A stretch of 64,000 nt of DNA, taken from assembly GCA_951406725.2 (NCBI GenBank), contig OX597824.1, forward strand, positions 40,548,001 through 40,612,000, written 5' to 3'. The DNA is from Octopus vulgaris. Its lineage: Eukaryota. The first letter of the stretch is position 1; the number at the start of each line of letters is the position of its first letter. The position numbers and the translations under genes were made by a program. The notes beneath the pieces were generated by a model. That model was not told the DNA's origin. It searched no databases and was given only the letters and a program-made list of their open reading frames with translations. This document shows, piece by piece, positions 12,701-26,368 of this stretch.

Positions 12701-12934
12701 CTCTCTATTCCTTTTCCTCTAATTCCTCTTAATCTCTCCTTTTTGTCAACTTTATTTCTCTAAACTTTTCTCTCTCTCACACACACACACACGGGCACAA
12801 TATCGAACACACCTACATATATAACACATAGGCTTGGTGTTGCAAACAAGAAAATAGAACTCAAAACATGAGCATATATATAAATATATGTGTTTCTTAT
12901 TAATAATCGTTGAAGTTACAGAGTGAATAAAGGA

Positions 12935-13125
12935 CCGGGTGTTTCGCGCGTGGGCACAACTTCTGCTGATTTAAAATAGAAAAAAAAGAAGGAAAAAACG
13001 GGCACTGACACATACAAGTATGCGATACACACAACAAATAAATTCAAATAATTGACCGAAGTCAACTCCTGATCAGCTGACAAGGTGCGCATGCGTTGTT
13101 ACTGTGGACGCTTTTGCGAGAGTTG
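12935..13125 (+). promoter_or_regulatory. Probable MDM1 promoter with an NRF1-like palindrome
   Basis: TE-free, CpG-containing patch about 150-300 bp before the first coding exon. Contains TGCGCATGCG (NRF1 consensus) near 13086 next to an X-box-like GTTACTGTGGACGC. Confidence 0.45.
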
Positions 13126-13259
13126 TTTTTGTTCATTCAAGTTTTGACAAGAATTCCGTTGTCTTTTTTTTTTCCTTCCTTTTTGTTAACATTATCATTT
13201 ATTGATTTATATTATTTTATCTACTGTTTTTTTTTTTCACTCCATGCTTTTGTTTAGAA

Positions 13260-13284
13260 ATGAAGGACACCAGCCGAGTGCAAG
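13260..13284 (+). CDS. MDM1: MDM1 exon 1 (MKDTSRVQ, phase 1)
   Basis: ATG...CAAG|gtaata; the phase fits exon 2. An AG and pyrimidine tract at 13256-57 mean it could be an internal exon. Confidence 0.6.
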
Positions 13285-16200
13285 GTAATAATACTTAACA
13301 CATTTATTGTATGCATTTGTTAGTTGCTCGAATTTAAAATAATGCAAGGTGTATGTGTGTCATTGTCCAGTTTTATTTCAAGGTTTCTTGCCAATAGAAA
13401 AAGAGCCGGTTTCATGCAAACCTAGATTCAAGCCTCCTTCATTGGAATTTCAACATCAACAACAGGGTTTTTTGCTTGTATATATGTATGTATGTATTCT
13501 CATGCATTATAGTTGCATATCTAGACATGCTCATATATCTTGTATGTATGTATAACCGATAGAATAAGTACCAGGCTTTGAAAAAAGCTAAATACCGGGG
13601 TCGATTTCTTCGACTAAATCCTTCAAGACAGTGCCCCAGCATGGGCACAGTCCACTAACTAAAACAAGTAAAAGATATATATATATATATCGAAAACAAC
13701 TAGGGTCGGAACGATCACAGTACGAACTATTTTTAAAAAATGAAATTATTCTCGTATTTTGTATTGAATACTACATATGAAAATAATCGATCTCGATCGA
13801 ACTAATTTCATCGAAGGTATACATGTATGTATATTATCCTCCTCGCAAATTTAGAATATTTACTTATGTTTAAATATGCTATTTACTGCAGGTGGTAGGT
13901 AGTAACCCACTTTAATTACACGATATTGTTATCAGATAAACAACTATTATAATTTTGAATATCATATTAAACGGTTTTACTGGAGTGCTGCATTATATGG
14001 ATAAGACAACTCACCGTCTCTTAAAAGTTATTGCAGACTTAAAGAATATTTTGGCTGTTTTCATTTTGTGAATTGGTAGTAAATTGATTTGTTATTAAGT
14101 TATTTAATTTTTTTTTATTTTCAAGTAGGAAGGTGAAGTTTATATACAAAAATGTAGGTGTTTAATGATTATTCGTTTTATTTCTATGGTATAACGGCCA
14201 CTTAATATTTTTATGATAAACAAGTAATAGGTTATAATTGTGATAAATAGTATAACCCTAAGTCAGCCCTGATTGAGTAAATCAACTTCGATCATCTAGT
14301 CTTTTTTTCCGGGTTACATTATCCGGTGATGCCCTTTTTTTTTTTAAAGACGGCAGGGTGTGATTCAAGAGAGATTTGACTGTTATTTTTAGCAGATAGA
14401 GCGACCATGTCGAAGTTTCCTCATTGAAGATAGTAATGAATTATCTTGCATTATACGCTTAGTGTTGGTCATGGACGTCTCGCCTTGTCTGTTCCTTGGA
14501 ATCACCCATCACATTCCTCTACTTAGTTACTTCGTTGTTAGTTTTGATGACCTTAGCAAATAAAGAAATTATCGCTGTGATTGTTGTTTAGCCCCAGGTC
14601 AGCGTTGCGGCTAAACAGCAACTGCCATAACAATAATTGATCGAGTTGACCTATGATCAAAGTAATTCCAGACAGTTTATCAAGGACCATATTACCTCAA
14701 CAGGTCTCCCATTTTTTAAAAATGTAATTCTATTTTTCGTCTGCTTCTCTGTCTTCTGTCATCACAAGACGACGTATTTGCAGAACCAGTACAGCAACGG
14801 ATAAAATGTATTGCAGTATTTCGTTCTGAGTTCAAATCCTGTCGGGGTCGATAAAATAAGTACCAGTCAAGTTCTGGGACCAATATAACCGACAATATCT
14901 ATCTCTTGAATACACTTATGGGATCTTTTCGGTTTGAACGGCAGTTTTTACCATAATTTCTAGGTAACTAAAAAATGTTAAACTTCGTATACTGGTAGAA
15001 TGTGTTTATAAAACATCATTTTCTCTTGGGTTTATTGAGAAAATTCTATAGTTTGTAAGATAGTTGTTTTTTTTCTTCAATTTCTGCAATTTCAACCAAT
15101 CAATGACGTCTAATGAGGCCATTGATTGGTTGAAATTGCAGAAATTCTGTGCCGTATGAATATGTCCCACGTTTAAGAATCAGATTGGGTTTATTTACAT
15201 TTGTGAAGAAAAAAAAAATACCCTTCCCCCCACCCCTAACCCTAACCCTAAAACAGATTGAAATGCAATAGATCGATACTAGGGTCATAATTATGGGTGA
15301 CAATTTCATATGATACTGCTAGAAAAAACTGCCATTCAAACCGAAAAGATCCCACTTATGTTAGAAATAAATAAAATACGACATCAATTGTGTCAGTGAT
15401 ATGTATTTAACTGCACAAATATCCATTTACTGTCTAAACTTGTTGCTGTTCACATAGATCTAATAGAACAGACCTGTATAATCAAGGGAATTCCAATTTG
15501 TATATTTATGACGAAGACGTCCATTTCTTTTTAGAATTGTAGGGTGTAATTTGAAACCCTTTAGAGCTTTTCTTGTTTTATGTAGTCGTTCATTGATAGA
15601 TAAAATTTTTTTAAATATCCCAGCCAATGAGGGATCTAGTCTTGTTTCTAGACTTGCTAGAAATAGCAGCAAAATCTTCCTCAAATCACACTTTACTATC
15701 ATGGAAAAGAACGCATTGGATAGTGTGGTCTTAGGCTCCCAGTACATAGGGGAAACGGGATGGTTACGATTAGAATGTCTTTGATCATAAGTCTGCTTGG
15801 TCAGAGTTGTCCAGGAGTTAACAACAACATAGACTATCCATTTATGGGTCCCTCTGCTAAATGAACTTCTTAAACCACTGTAATGGTTGAAGTTTGATTT
15901 GTAAACTATTATATGATAAACGATAGTTGATATAGAGTAGGATAGAATGTTGGCATCATAATCAGTTTGTAAGCATTGGTTCTTTGTTGATTGCCATTAT
16001 GTAATGATGAAAGAACAGTGATTGAAGTTGTGAAGAAAATATCTATTTACTGCTACATCAAATATACCTTGCCTTGATGGGCAGGTGATAAAATCCTAGA
16101 GCATGCGAAGTAAAAGAATTAATTTCGGCCTGTGTATTCTTATTGTAGTAATAAACCATAGAAAGAGATATGGTAATGTGCAGAGAAGACGAAGTGAGTT

Positions 16201-19200
16201 AGTGAAAGTGAGAGAGTATGGGACAAGCTGTCTTGTAGAGTCGCTAATTCTAAATTTCTTTTTCCCTCTGGTTGTTTGTCTGCTTGTGGCCATGATTCTA
16301 GTGGTCTGTTCACTAACTAATGTTAGCTCTCTCTCTCAACTCACGAGTTGTCACCAACTGACTAAATGATTGAGTTGTCACAAGCCAACTGAGTTGTCAC
16401 CAAGTGACTAATTGATTTTTGCTTGGGGTTCTTACTTTTATAACTATCCTGAAGGATAGACATATTGTTGAGAACAATGGATTTAGTTGGTGGTCTTGTT
16501 ATCTTAATTCTAACTTTTGGTGGTCTAGGAGAAGTTAGAAAGGTCAAGTGGTGAAGTCATTATTTTGGCCTAGCTAAGGCAATCTGGCAAATGTAAACTG
16601 GCAAATGTAATCTGGCAAATGTAAACTCTTGTTCCACCGTGAGAAAGGTTCTGTTGAAGTGTTAATTTTAATTTGGCTTTGGTGGATCAAATCCACTTCA
16701 TGCCTGCAAGATCCACTACACCACACAGCCATTCCCACTTCCATGTTATTTTAATAAAAACTAGTTATGAATTGAGGTCAGTATAGCTGTTGACCTCAAA
16801 AGGATGAAAGGCAGAATTTTAATTCAGAACATAACAGCAGATGAAATACCGATAAGCATTTCGCCTGGCATGCTAACGATTCTGCTAGCTTGCCACCCTG
16901 GGCAGAAAAAATATTCTTTTCTACTCTAGACACAAGGCCCAAAATTTTGGGAAGGGGGAGGCCAGTTGATTATATTGACCTCCAGTATGCAACTGATTCT
17001 TAATTTTTCGACCCTGAAAGGATGAAAGGTAAAGTTGACCTTGGCAGAATTTGAACTCATAATGTAAAGACAGACGAAATACTGCTAAGCATTTCACCCG
17101 GCATGCTTACAATTCTGCTAGCTAAGCACCCTGGGAGGAAAAATGTTAACATGTTATAGGTGCAGGTATAGCTATACCTGTGGTAAGAAGTTTGTTTCCT
17201 AGCCATATGGTTCCAGGTTCAGTCCTACTGCATGGCACCTTGGGCAAGTGTCTTCTACTATAGCCTCAGGCAGACCAAAGCCTTGTGAGTGGATTTGGTA
17301 GATGGAAACTGAAAGAAGCCTGTCATGTGTGTGTATGTGTTTGTCCCCCACTACCATTTGATAAGTGGTGTTTGCTTATGTTCCTGTAACTTAGCAGTTT
17401 GGCAAAAGAGACTGGTAGAATAAGTATCAAGCTTTAAAAAAATAAATCCCGGGGTTGATTCATTTGACTAAAGGTGGTGCCCCAGCATGACCACTATCTA
17501 ATGACTGAAACAAGTTAAAAGATGTTATTTAATTAATGCTCACTCATCCCATTTTAATATAACAAAAAAAAAAAGTAAAGAATTCTGCCCCTGGAGATCT
17601 AAATGAAAGCTGGAAGTATTGAGAAAAAAAAATATTCAAAAGAATGTGATTGGAATTAATAAAAAAATTCTGTTAGGATTGTAGCTCTCTTGAGACCAAA
17701 AAACTTGTTTTCAGTAACACACTAGTGCTCATAAAGACTGATAGATATTAAAAATACTGCAACAGGTTGTAACAGGAATACACATGTAAAAACGTGTGTT
17801 TTCGACAGTCTTCTCTGTCCTGTATCCTTAAAGTAATTTAGTGCATTTTGTTAGTTGGTAAAATGTTGATTAACATATTGGCACTCACTTTTCAGGAAGG
17901 GATGGATTCAGTTGAATTAAAACCAGTATGTAACTGGTACCTTATTTTTCTCTGTTGTTGTTGTTGTTTTGTTTTTCAAACCTTAAATATCTTAAGGTAT
18001 GTTGCTTAGTGGTTAGAGTGTAGGTTTCCCAGTCATAAGGTTTTGGGCTTGATTCCTGGATTGGGCAGTGTGTTGTGCTCTTGAGCAAGTTACTTAATTT
18101 CACATTGCTCCAATCTGCTCAGTTGAAACTGAGTACTAACCAAGTATGATATAGACCCCCGCCCCTCACCACTACAACCACCACCACCACCTCTCTCTCT
18201 CTTTCTCTCTTTGTATGGGAGAGCCAAAATGGTATCTATGTCTTCTTGCAACTACATAGACATCTAAAACAATTAACAAAAGCATGAAACAAACTGCCAA
18301 GTCATCCTTGTGAAATAAAAGTCTTTAACCATATGGATATGTCTGTGTGTATGTGACAAAATATACAAGACATTAAGAGCTAAAATACTTGCATAGTGGT
18401 GGGCTTCTTCTCTAAAGACCCTCTTCTGTTCAGCTCTCCCTACAGTTTCTTCTTACTAAGATACACTGTACACTTTTCAAAATTTCACAAGTCATGAAAA
18501 TATTATTTGATAGTTGGTTACTTCTCATGTTGCATTTTGAGAAGATATCTTTTACCAAAGCTTCAGGTCACAACTTAACCCTTTAGCATTCAGATTAATT
18601 TGTCCAAAGTAATCCTTATTTATTCACATTTAAAAAAATTTATCTGATATTATTTTGTAGCTTCAAGATAGGAAAGATGTAATTGCTTATTTTTAGAGTG
18701 ACATTGCAGGGTAGGTGTGAGATGCATGTTCTGGCCAGTCTGAGCATAAAATGTGTAGAATATTTGGGCCGGATACAGCCGGTTTAAACACTAAAGGGTT
18801 AAGCCTTTCTGAGTGAAATCAAGGTGATGGAAACTCTATGACAGCTCATCAGATAGATTGTATCTATACTTAAATCTCCTGACTTGTCACATACTGTCTT
18901 TGACCTTTTACTTGTTTCAGTCATTGAACTGTGGACATGCTGGTAGTGTGGCCTTAAAGGGTTCAGTCAAACAATTTAACCCCAGTACTTGTATCAGAGG
19001 TTAAGGGCTAAAATACTTGCCTGAATGGGGATACTTATTCTGTAAAGTTTTTAATTTGCTGAATACTAAGTTAAAGAGACAACTGGTGTTGGTAAACAGA
19101 CCAACACTAGTTGTCAAGTGGCAGTGGAGTACAAACACAAACATAAAAACACACACATACACATGGGATACATAAATACACACACAACAGACACATACCC

Positions 19201-22200
19201 ACACACATACATATACTTTTCAGTTTCCATCTATCTAATTCACTTATGTGGTGTAGGTCAGCCTGGGGCCACTTGCCTACTGTTCCACACAGTGTGACTG
19301 GGGACACTTGCCCTATGTACCATGCAATGGGACTGAACCCAGAATCTTGTGGTTGGAAAGCAAACTTCTTACCACACAGCTTCGTGTGTGCTGTGTCATA
19401 CTGATTCATCTTGATGATTACACTAAGGAATACATGCCTGTGGAATACTCAGCCACTTTCACATTAATTCAATAAGCAGGTAGTTCAGTTGATCAAATAA
19501 CTGAATACTCATTGTCAACCCCAACAGAAATCATTTATTCTATTTCTTGCTGTATATATATTTGAATGAAGGATTAATTTGAACACTGTTAAATTTTTAG
19601 GTGTGTTGTTTGAACCATGTCTACAAAGAAAGAAGAGACGTGAAGGTCCTGTTACTTGTTTATCAAGTGACTTTTCAGTAAAAGAACATGACTCAAATGC
19701 GGATTATATGCTGCTGGGAAGAAATGATAAGTTTGAAGGAAATATCTGTTATAAACCAAAAAGATATTTCAATATAAAAAAGGTATAAATCTTTAGTTAA
19801 ATATATTCAATGAGAATATTATATACTGAATTTATATTTATACCATTATAGGGACAACTCTTCTGTGAAACGATCGTAAGATGCTTTAAATAATTAATTC
19901 AAAACTTTTAAACTGTCATATACATTATATATTTATACTTATACATATTTACATATATTTTTATACATATTTATATTTATTTATTTATATATTTTTAATA
20001 CAACAATTATTTTTCACACGTGTATATCTTTCTGGGGAGTTTTGATATTGATTTCCTAATATTAATAATTATATATATATATATATATATAAAAGGTATT
20101 GCTTGTTTTAAAATTTTTGTACATTTATTTATTCAATATTAGTTACGTAAAATGTAAGTAAAACTATGTATTCTTCATTTGTTTTTATGTCTGTTTTTCC
20201 ATGCTTGCATGGGTTAACCAAATATGTTGTTGAGACATTGTTTTACAGCTTGATGCCCTCCCTATTGCTAACTCTTAGCTGTTTTCAATGTAAAGGATCA
20301 CTTATGTCAGCCTGGGCTATAGTAGAAGACAGTTACTTGCCAAAGATGCCAAACAGGGGGACTGAACTTTATTGTTTTCTTTGGAAGCAAACTTTTGAAA
20401 CACAGTCATATCAATGCCAAGAAGTTCAAAAATAAAAGTTCCTAGTTTGAATCGTCTCTGGTACATGTACGAATGTCAAAACAGATTAGGCATCTGACGC
20501 TGAGAGTTGCTGAAGCATGGAACAAACTGCTGGCATCGATTGTTAGTTGACGGAGCACTGCATCCTTCCAAACTTCCATGCTTTCTGAGATTCGCCAACA
20601 CTACACCTGATTTTCTCCCCTCCATACACACACAAGCATGTATCTGACTCATACATTGTTCACTTTCCAGACATTTGTACATTACTGCATATACTTTATA
20701 TGCACTTTCTGACATGTTGTGGTGCACCTGAGCACTGTATACAATAATTTCATTATTATTATTATTATTATAATGATGGTTATCAAAAATGTAGTGTAGA
20801 TATAAGTGCTGTAAATATAGAATCTAAAGATAGGATTAGTAATATGGTAAATTCTAGTCTTATTAAGAACTCATTTGAAATTTTTAGGTGTTTAACCCTT
20901 TAGCATTTAAACTGGCCATATCTGGCAAAAATATTCTACTTGTTTTATGTTCAAGCAGGCCAGATCTGGCCTCTCACACTTACTCTACAATATCATTCTA
21001 AGAATTAACAGTTACCTTCCCCCTCTCTCTCTTTCGGAGAGGCACTGAGCACCTACACGTACATATACACACACGGCAGTAACTTCCACCTACCGAATTC
21101 AATCACAAAGCTTCGGTCGACTTGAGGCTATAGTAGAAGACACCTGCCCAAAGTGCCACGCAGTGGGACTGAACCCGAAACCATATAGCCAGGAAGCAAG
21201 CTCCCTAACCACACAGCCATGCCCGACCTCATCAAAATTTCAAAGCTACAAAATAATGCAAGATTAATTCAAAACAATGTGAATAAATAAGCAATGCTTT
21301 TGATAGAACAATGTGAATGTGGAAGGGTTAAACAAAATTAATAATTTTATGAACTTTTATGTTGTTTTCATACCCTTGCTATAACTATTCCCAGAATTAA
21401 TTAATTATTAACTATGTAAGAAAAATTATTAACTATTGTAAGAAAAAACTTTGTAATTTTATATATTTTAATTGTGACTTCTAAATGCTGCTTTTTTTTT
21501 GTTTTTGTTTTTTTAATTAGAAAGAAAATGATGATAACCAGATTCATTCAGAAGAAGACTCCTGTGATCCACATGTAAGTGACGAGTACATACTTCTTGG
21601 AAGCAATGTCAGGTTCTCAGTTAATACCATTTACCACCCAAGGGTGTGTTGGCATTATTATCTAAACTCTGATAATGTCAAATATTTGGTAAGCCTTTCT
21701 AGTTTTTATTTCCTACCTGTGCATGTCATCTAAAAAGGAAAATAAATGGGTTTATTTTCTCTTGTGCATGTCATATGAAGGACAAAGATTGTATCAACAT
21801 CAAGACAGAAATATATAGATAACCAACTATTGCTGTAGAAGATGCTGAATGACCAAATGAATGTAGTATTTCAATAACATGTGTTCTTGGATTCTTTCTT
21901 TTCCCCCTTGACCTAGAGAATTATGACATCACCAGGTCAGCATCTACCTGAAGATGTTTTAATATGGAAATGTCATTTCTATGTATTGATGATGTAACTA
22001 TTTGCTGCATAATACTGATGTCTGTGTGTTTAAGAATCGTGCTTCTCAACCACATAGTTTATGGTCCACTTCCACTCTTTTTCTTTTACTCTCTTTTACT
22101 TGTTTCAGTCATTTGACTGTGGCCATGCTGGAGCACCGCCTTTAGTCGAGCAAATCGACCCCAGGACTTATTCTTTGTAAGCCTAGTACTTATTCTATCA

Positions 22201-25200
22201 GTCTCTTTTGCCGAACCACTAAGTTACGGGAACATAGCGATGTTGGGGGACAAAAACAGACACACAAACACACACTCACATACATATATATACATATACA
22301 TATAAACGACGTGCTTCTTTCAGTTTCCATCTACCAAATCCAGTCACAAGGCTTTGGTTGGCCCGAGGCTATAGTAGAAGACACTTGCCGAAGGTGCCAC
22401 GCATTGGGACTAAACCCGGAACCGTGTGGTTGGTAAGCAAGCTACTTACCACACAGCCACTCCTGCACCTATACAGTGTCTTCTACTTTAACCTCAGGAC
22501 AGCTGAAACCATATGAGCGAATTTGGTAAATGGAAACTAAAAGAAGCCTGTTTTACACACACATGTATGTGTTTGCACTCTACAAAAGTTGCTCACTCCA
22601 AACAGTATTGTTGTCAACTGATTATCTGTTTATTTCACACCTTGGAAGACATGTAAAGCAAAGGATTCCTTATTTGAAAAACAGACAAGGTTTAGTGACA
22701 AGAATGGCAACTGTTTTTAGATATAACTGTACATAAAAACATACATGTGTGTGTGTGTATTCTCTCTTAGAATTGAAGCAGTGTTCAATATAATACACTA
22801 GCAATATTCCAAGGACACTTAATGCTTGTGTCTTAAATCATAACAGAATCATAATATGGAAATGAAGAACCGAGCTAATCTCATTGACTCTGATTTACAG
22901 TGAATGATTTAATATCTGAACTATTTTGGTTTTAATTTTTTTTTGCTCAGATTGAAAACGATCATACAAATGGAACAGTTCCTGCTGATTCCTGTGGAGG
23001 TGTACCACCTGATGAGGAAGAATATATACTTCTTGGAAATCATGCAAAGTTTTCTGATAATATTATCTACAAACAAAAGAAAAGAAGGAACAATATGCCG
23101 AGCAAAAGTGCTGAAACTGAACATGATTTAGTAAGTGTTGAAAGAAACAAGAACTGTTTAGGAAACTGCTGGGTTCCTTTAAGTAACATGTTCACCTTAT
23201 TGGTTGGTCATAATCTTTCTTTCCATGTCATGAGTTCTTAATTTAGTCACTGAGCAATATTTAATTTAGTCTATCCTTAGAATTAGACTCTCTATAAAAG
23301 ACATAACTGGGAGGTTGACACTGATGTATCTAGAAGTAATATAGATTACTTGAAAGATCAACAATTCTTGGTATTAAGCTATTCTATATTAGATTAGACA
23401 TTAGTATCTTTTACATGAACAACAAGCATGAAAATCTCTCAAGGTCACTTAATGCTAAGTTTCACCCTCACTGAGTATCTTGTGACAAACGCATATCTTC
23501 AAGATGGAAAAAACATTCATGAGAAAGACTGGCCTTCCTCTACTTGAACAAAAAACTAGAAATCCTTTACAAAGCTCAGGTAAGACTCACAATGGAGTAT
23601 GACTCCTACATCTAGGATGGTGTTGCTGATACATGTACAAACATTCTTGACCACACCCCAAAACTGCCATCTAATTTTTTTTTTGGGTGTGATGGTGTTG
23701 AGCCAGCTTCTTCTCTGGTCCTGACAGCATCATGAACCATGACGGCCCACGTCCGACGGTCCTGTGCGAAGTCACTGGAGATAGCGAGCCATTCGCGGTT
23801 CCATCTGCGCAGACCTGAGAGGTCCTCGTTTATCGTCGTTGCCCAGGTCTTCAGCTGCCTGCCCGTGCGTTTGTCCCAGTTGGGAAGTGGAGGTAGGAGG
23901 AGGACATCACGAATCAGTTCACCCTCTGGACAATTGGCCACCTAATTGATTAACATAAAGTCATTTATCATTACCTTTCATCTTCTAACCAAAAAACATA
24001 CTGTTTCCACTCTAACTTTTCCTAATATCACTACAGTAGTAGTTCTGACTGAAATATCACCTTCTCTCCTTTGGCTAGGAGGTGACAGTTGAATCAAGAA
24101 CACCTCTTCCAAGCCTCATACTAACCTCTACACTCATTCTACTAGGCCACTGGAATATGTAGATGTTCAAAAATGAAGGTTCCAAACTTGAATCCAGTTT
24201 GAGACATGTATACATCCAAAAATTTAGACATTTGGTGGTGATTAGTGTTCAAAATATTCATCATTGTCCTCATCTAATGTGTATTTCATATGCTGGCATG
24301 GATTGGGTGATTTGAAAGGATCAGATAAGCTGCCAGACTGCATGGTTTCTATAAATATTGTCATCATCATCATCATCATCATCACTACCATTATTTAACA
24401 TGCATATTCCATACTGGTGTGGATTGGATGGTTAAACAGGATCCAATTAACCACAGGACTGCACTAAGCTCCACTTCTGCTTTGGCATGATTTCTATGAC
24501 TGGGCACCCTTGCTAATGCCAACCACTTTACAGAGTGAACAGGGAATTTTTTTTATGGCACCAGCATTAGTAGCATCACCTAGTAACTCATAAGACAAGA
24601 CCCACTGAACTAAGGACTAAGGGAGGTGAAAGTATTATAGACTCTAAAGATGAGATTAATAGCCTGGAAAGCTCCAATCTTATAAAAAGAATTCACAATT
24701 ATGTGAACATCTATATTGTTGTCACCTTGGAGTTAATAGTTCTCTGAATATCTATTGGATCTTCCCATAAATAATGCAATTTTTAAAAAATTTTATTTTT
24801 TAGAATTAAGATAAACAAAGTTCTTTTTTAATCTAAAATATACTCTCCTTCATTTTCTACAATGCTCTTCCATCTAACTGGTAGACTTGCAAGATCCCTC
24901 TTCCAAAATTCATTTGTCCATGATGAAAAATACTCCTCCAGTTCTGTTCTGACCTCATCTACAGAATTCATATTTTTTCCATCCAAATGATTTTGAAGAC
25001 TGTGGAATAAATGATAATCAGATGGGGCAATGTCCAGCGAATATGGTGGACGGGGCATCGTATCCCATTCAAACTGCTCCAGCCTTTAGAATGTCATCCT
25101 TGCTGTATGTGGTTGAGCATTATCCTGATGGTAGAATGCCTTTTGTCTTGAAATCAAAGATGGTCATCTTTCTTTTAGTGCTGACTCAAGCTGCTCAAAT

Positions 25201-26322
25201 TGCTCGCAGTAGATCTCCTTTGTTATCGTTTGGTTTGGGTTTAAAAGTCCAAAATGGACTAAACCTTTCATATCCTACCAAATAGATAACAACACTTTAC
25301 ATAGGTGAAGACCTTCTTTAGTCTGGTATTTCTCCTTTCCCTACCCACTGTCTTTGGCATTTGACATTTTTAGAGAGAACCCGTTTCTCATCACCCGTCA
25401 CTATTCGGTCCAAAAACAAAGTTCATTCATGAGATGTGACAGCAAAGAAGAGCACACATTCACTCTCTGCACATGATTAGACTCAGAAAGTTTGTGCAGA
25501 ACCTATTGACCCAATTTATTGACTTTTCCAATGGCACGCAGGTGTCGATGAATGGTTGAATGACCAAATCCAAGTTTCTCTGCTAGTTCTTCAACAGTTA
25601 CAATAGGATTTGTTCTACCAGGGTTTGCAGGATGTCCTTGTCAAGCTCTACAGATCTTCCAGGACAAGGCTCGTCTTCTAGGCTGTAGTTTCCGGTTCAG
25701 AATTTCTGGAACCATCATTGACACTGACTTATGCTTATTGTCTGATCCCCATATACTGCATTAATATTCCTTGCACTTTCCATTGCATTGTTGCTTTTAT
25801 TGAACTCATAAAGCAAAATATGCCAAATATGCTCCTTTGTCACTTCCATTATAGCTTTGAAAAAAATAACTGTTAAAATCGAACTGCACTCTTCAAAACT
25901 TGCACTAAGAATAAGTACAAGGGAAAATTACTACCTGCTTTTATAGCAAGTTGATGCAAGTAGTTTATCCCGCCCCCTCCAGCTTTTAGTTCGTGCAATT
26001 TAAAAAATCACATTATTTATGGGAAGACCCAATATAATTGTTTTCATTCTCTCACTTAAAGTACTCTCTGTCTAGGTTGTTTGTGTCAGCATGATTATGT
26101 ATTTATGTATACTGAGTAGGAATGCTAAATGTTGCGTTTATTTTGAAATTAGAATGAAAATGATGACATCAAGAAACACACAGAGGAAGATTCCTGTGAT
26201 CCACATGTAAGTGATCAACACATACTTCTTAGCAGTAATATATCAGGTTTTTGGTTAAAACAGTTCACCACCCAAAAGTGTGGTGTTATTTATATTTTAA
26301 TTATAATGAAGAAGGCAGCAAT

Positions 26323-26368
<46 letters not shown>

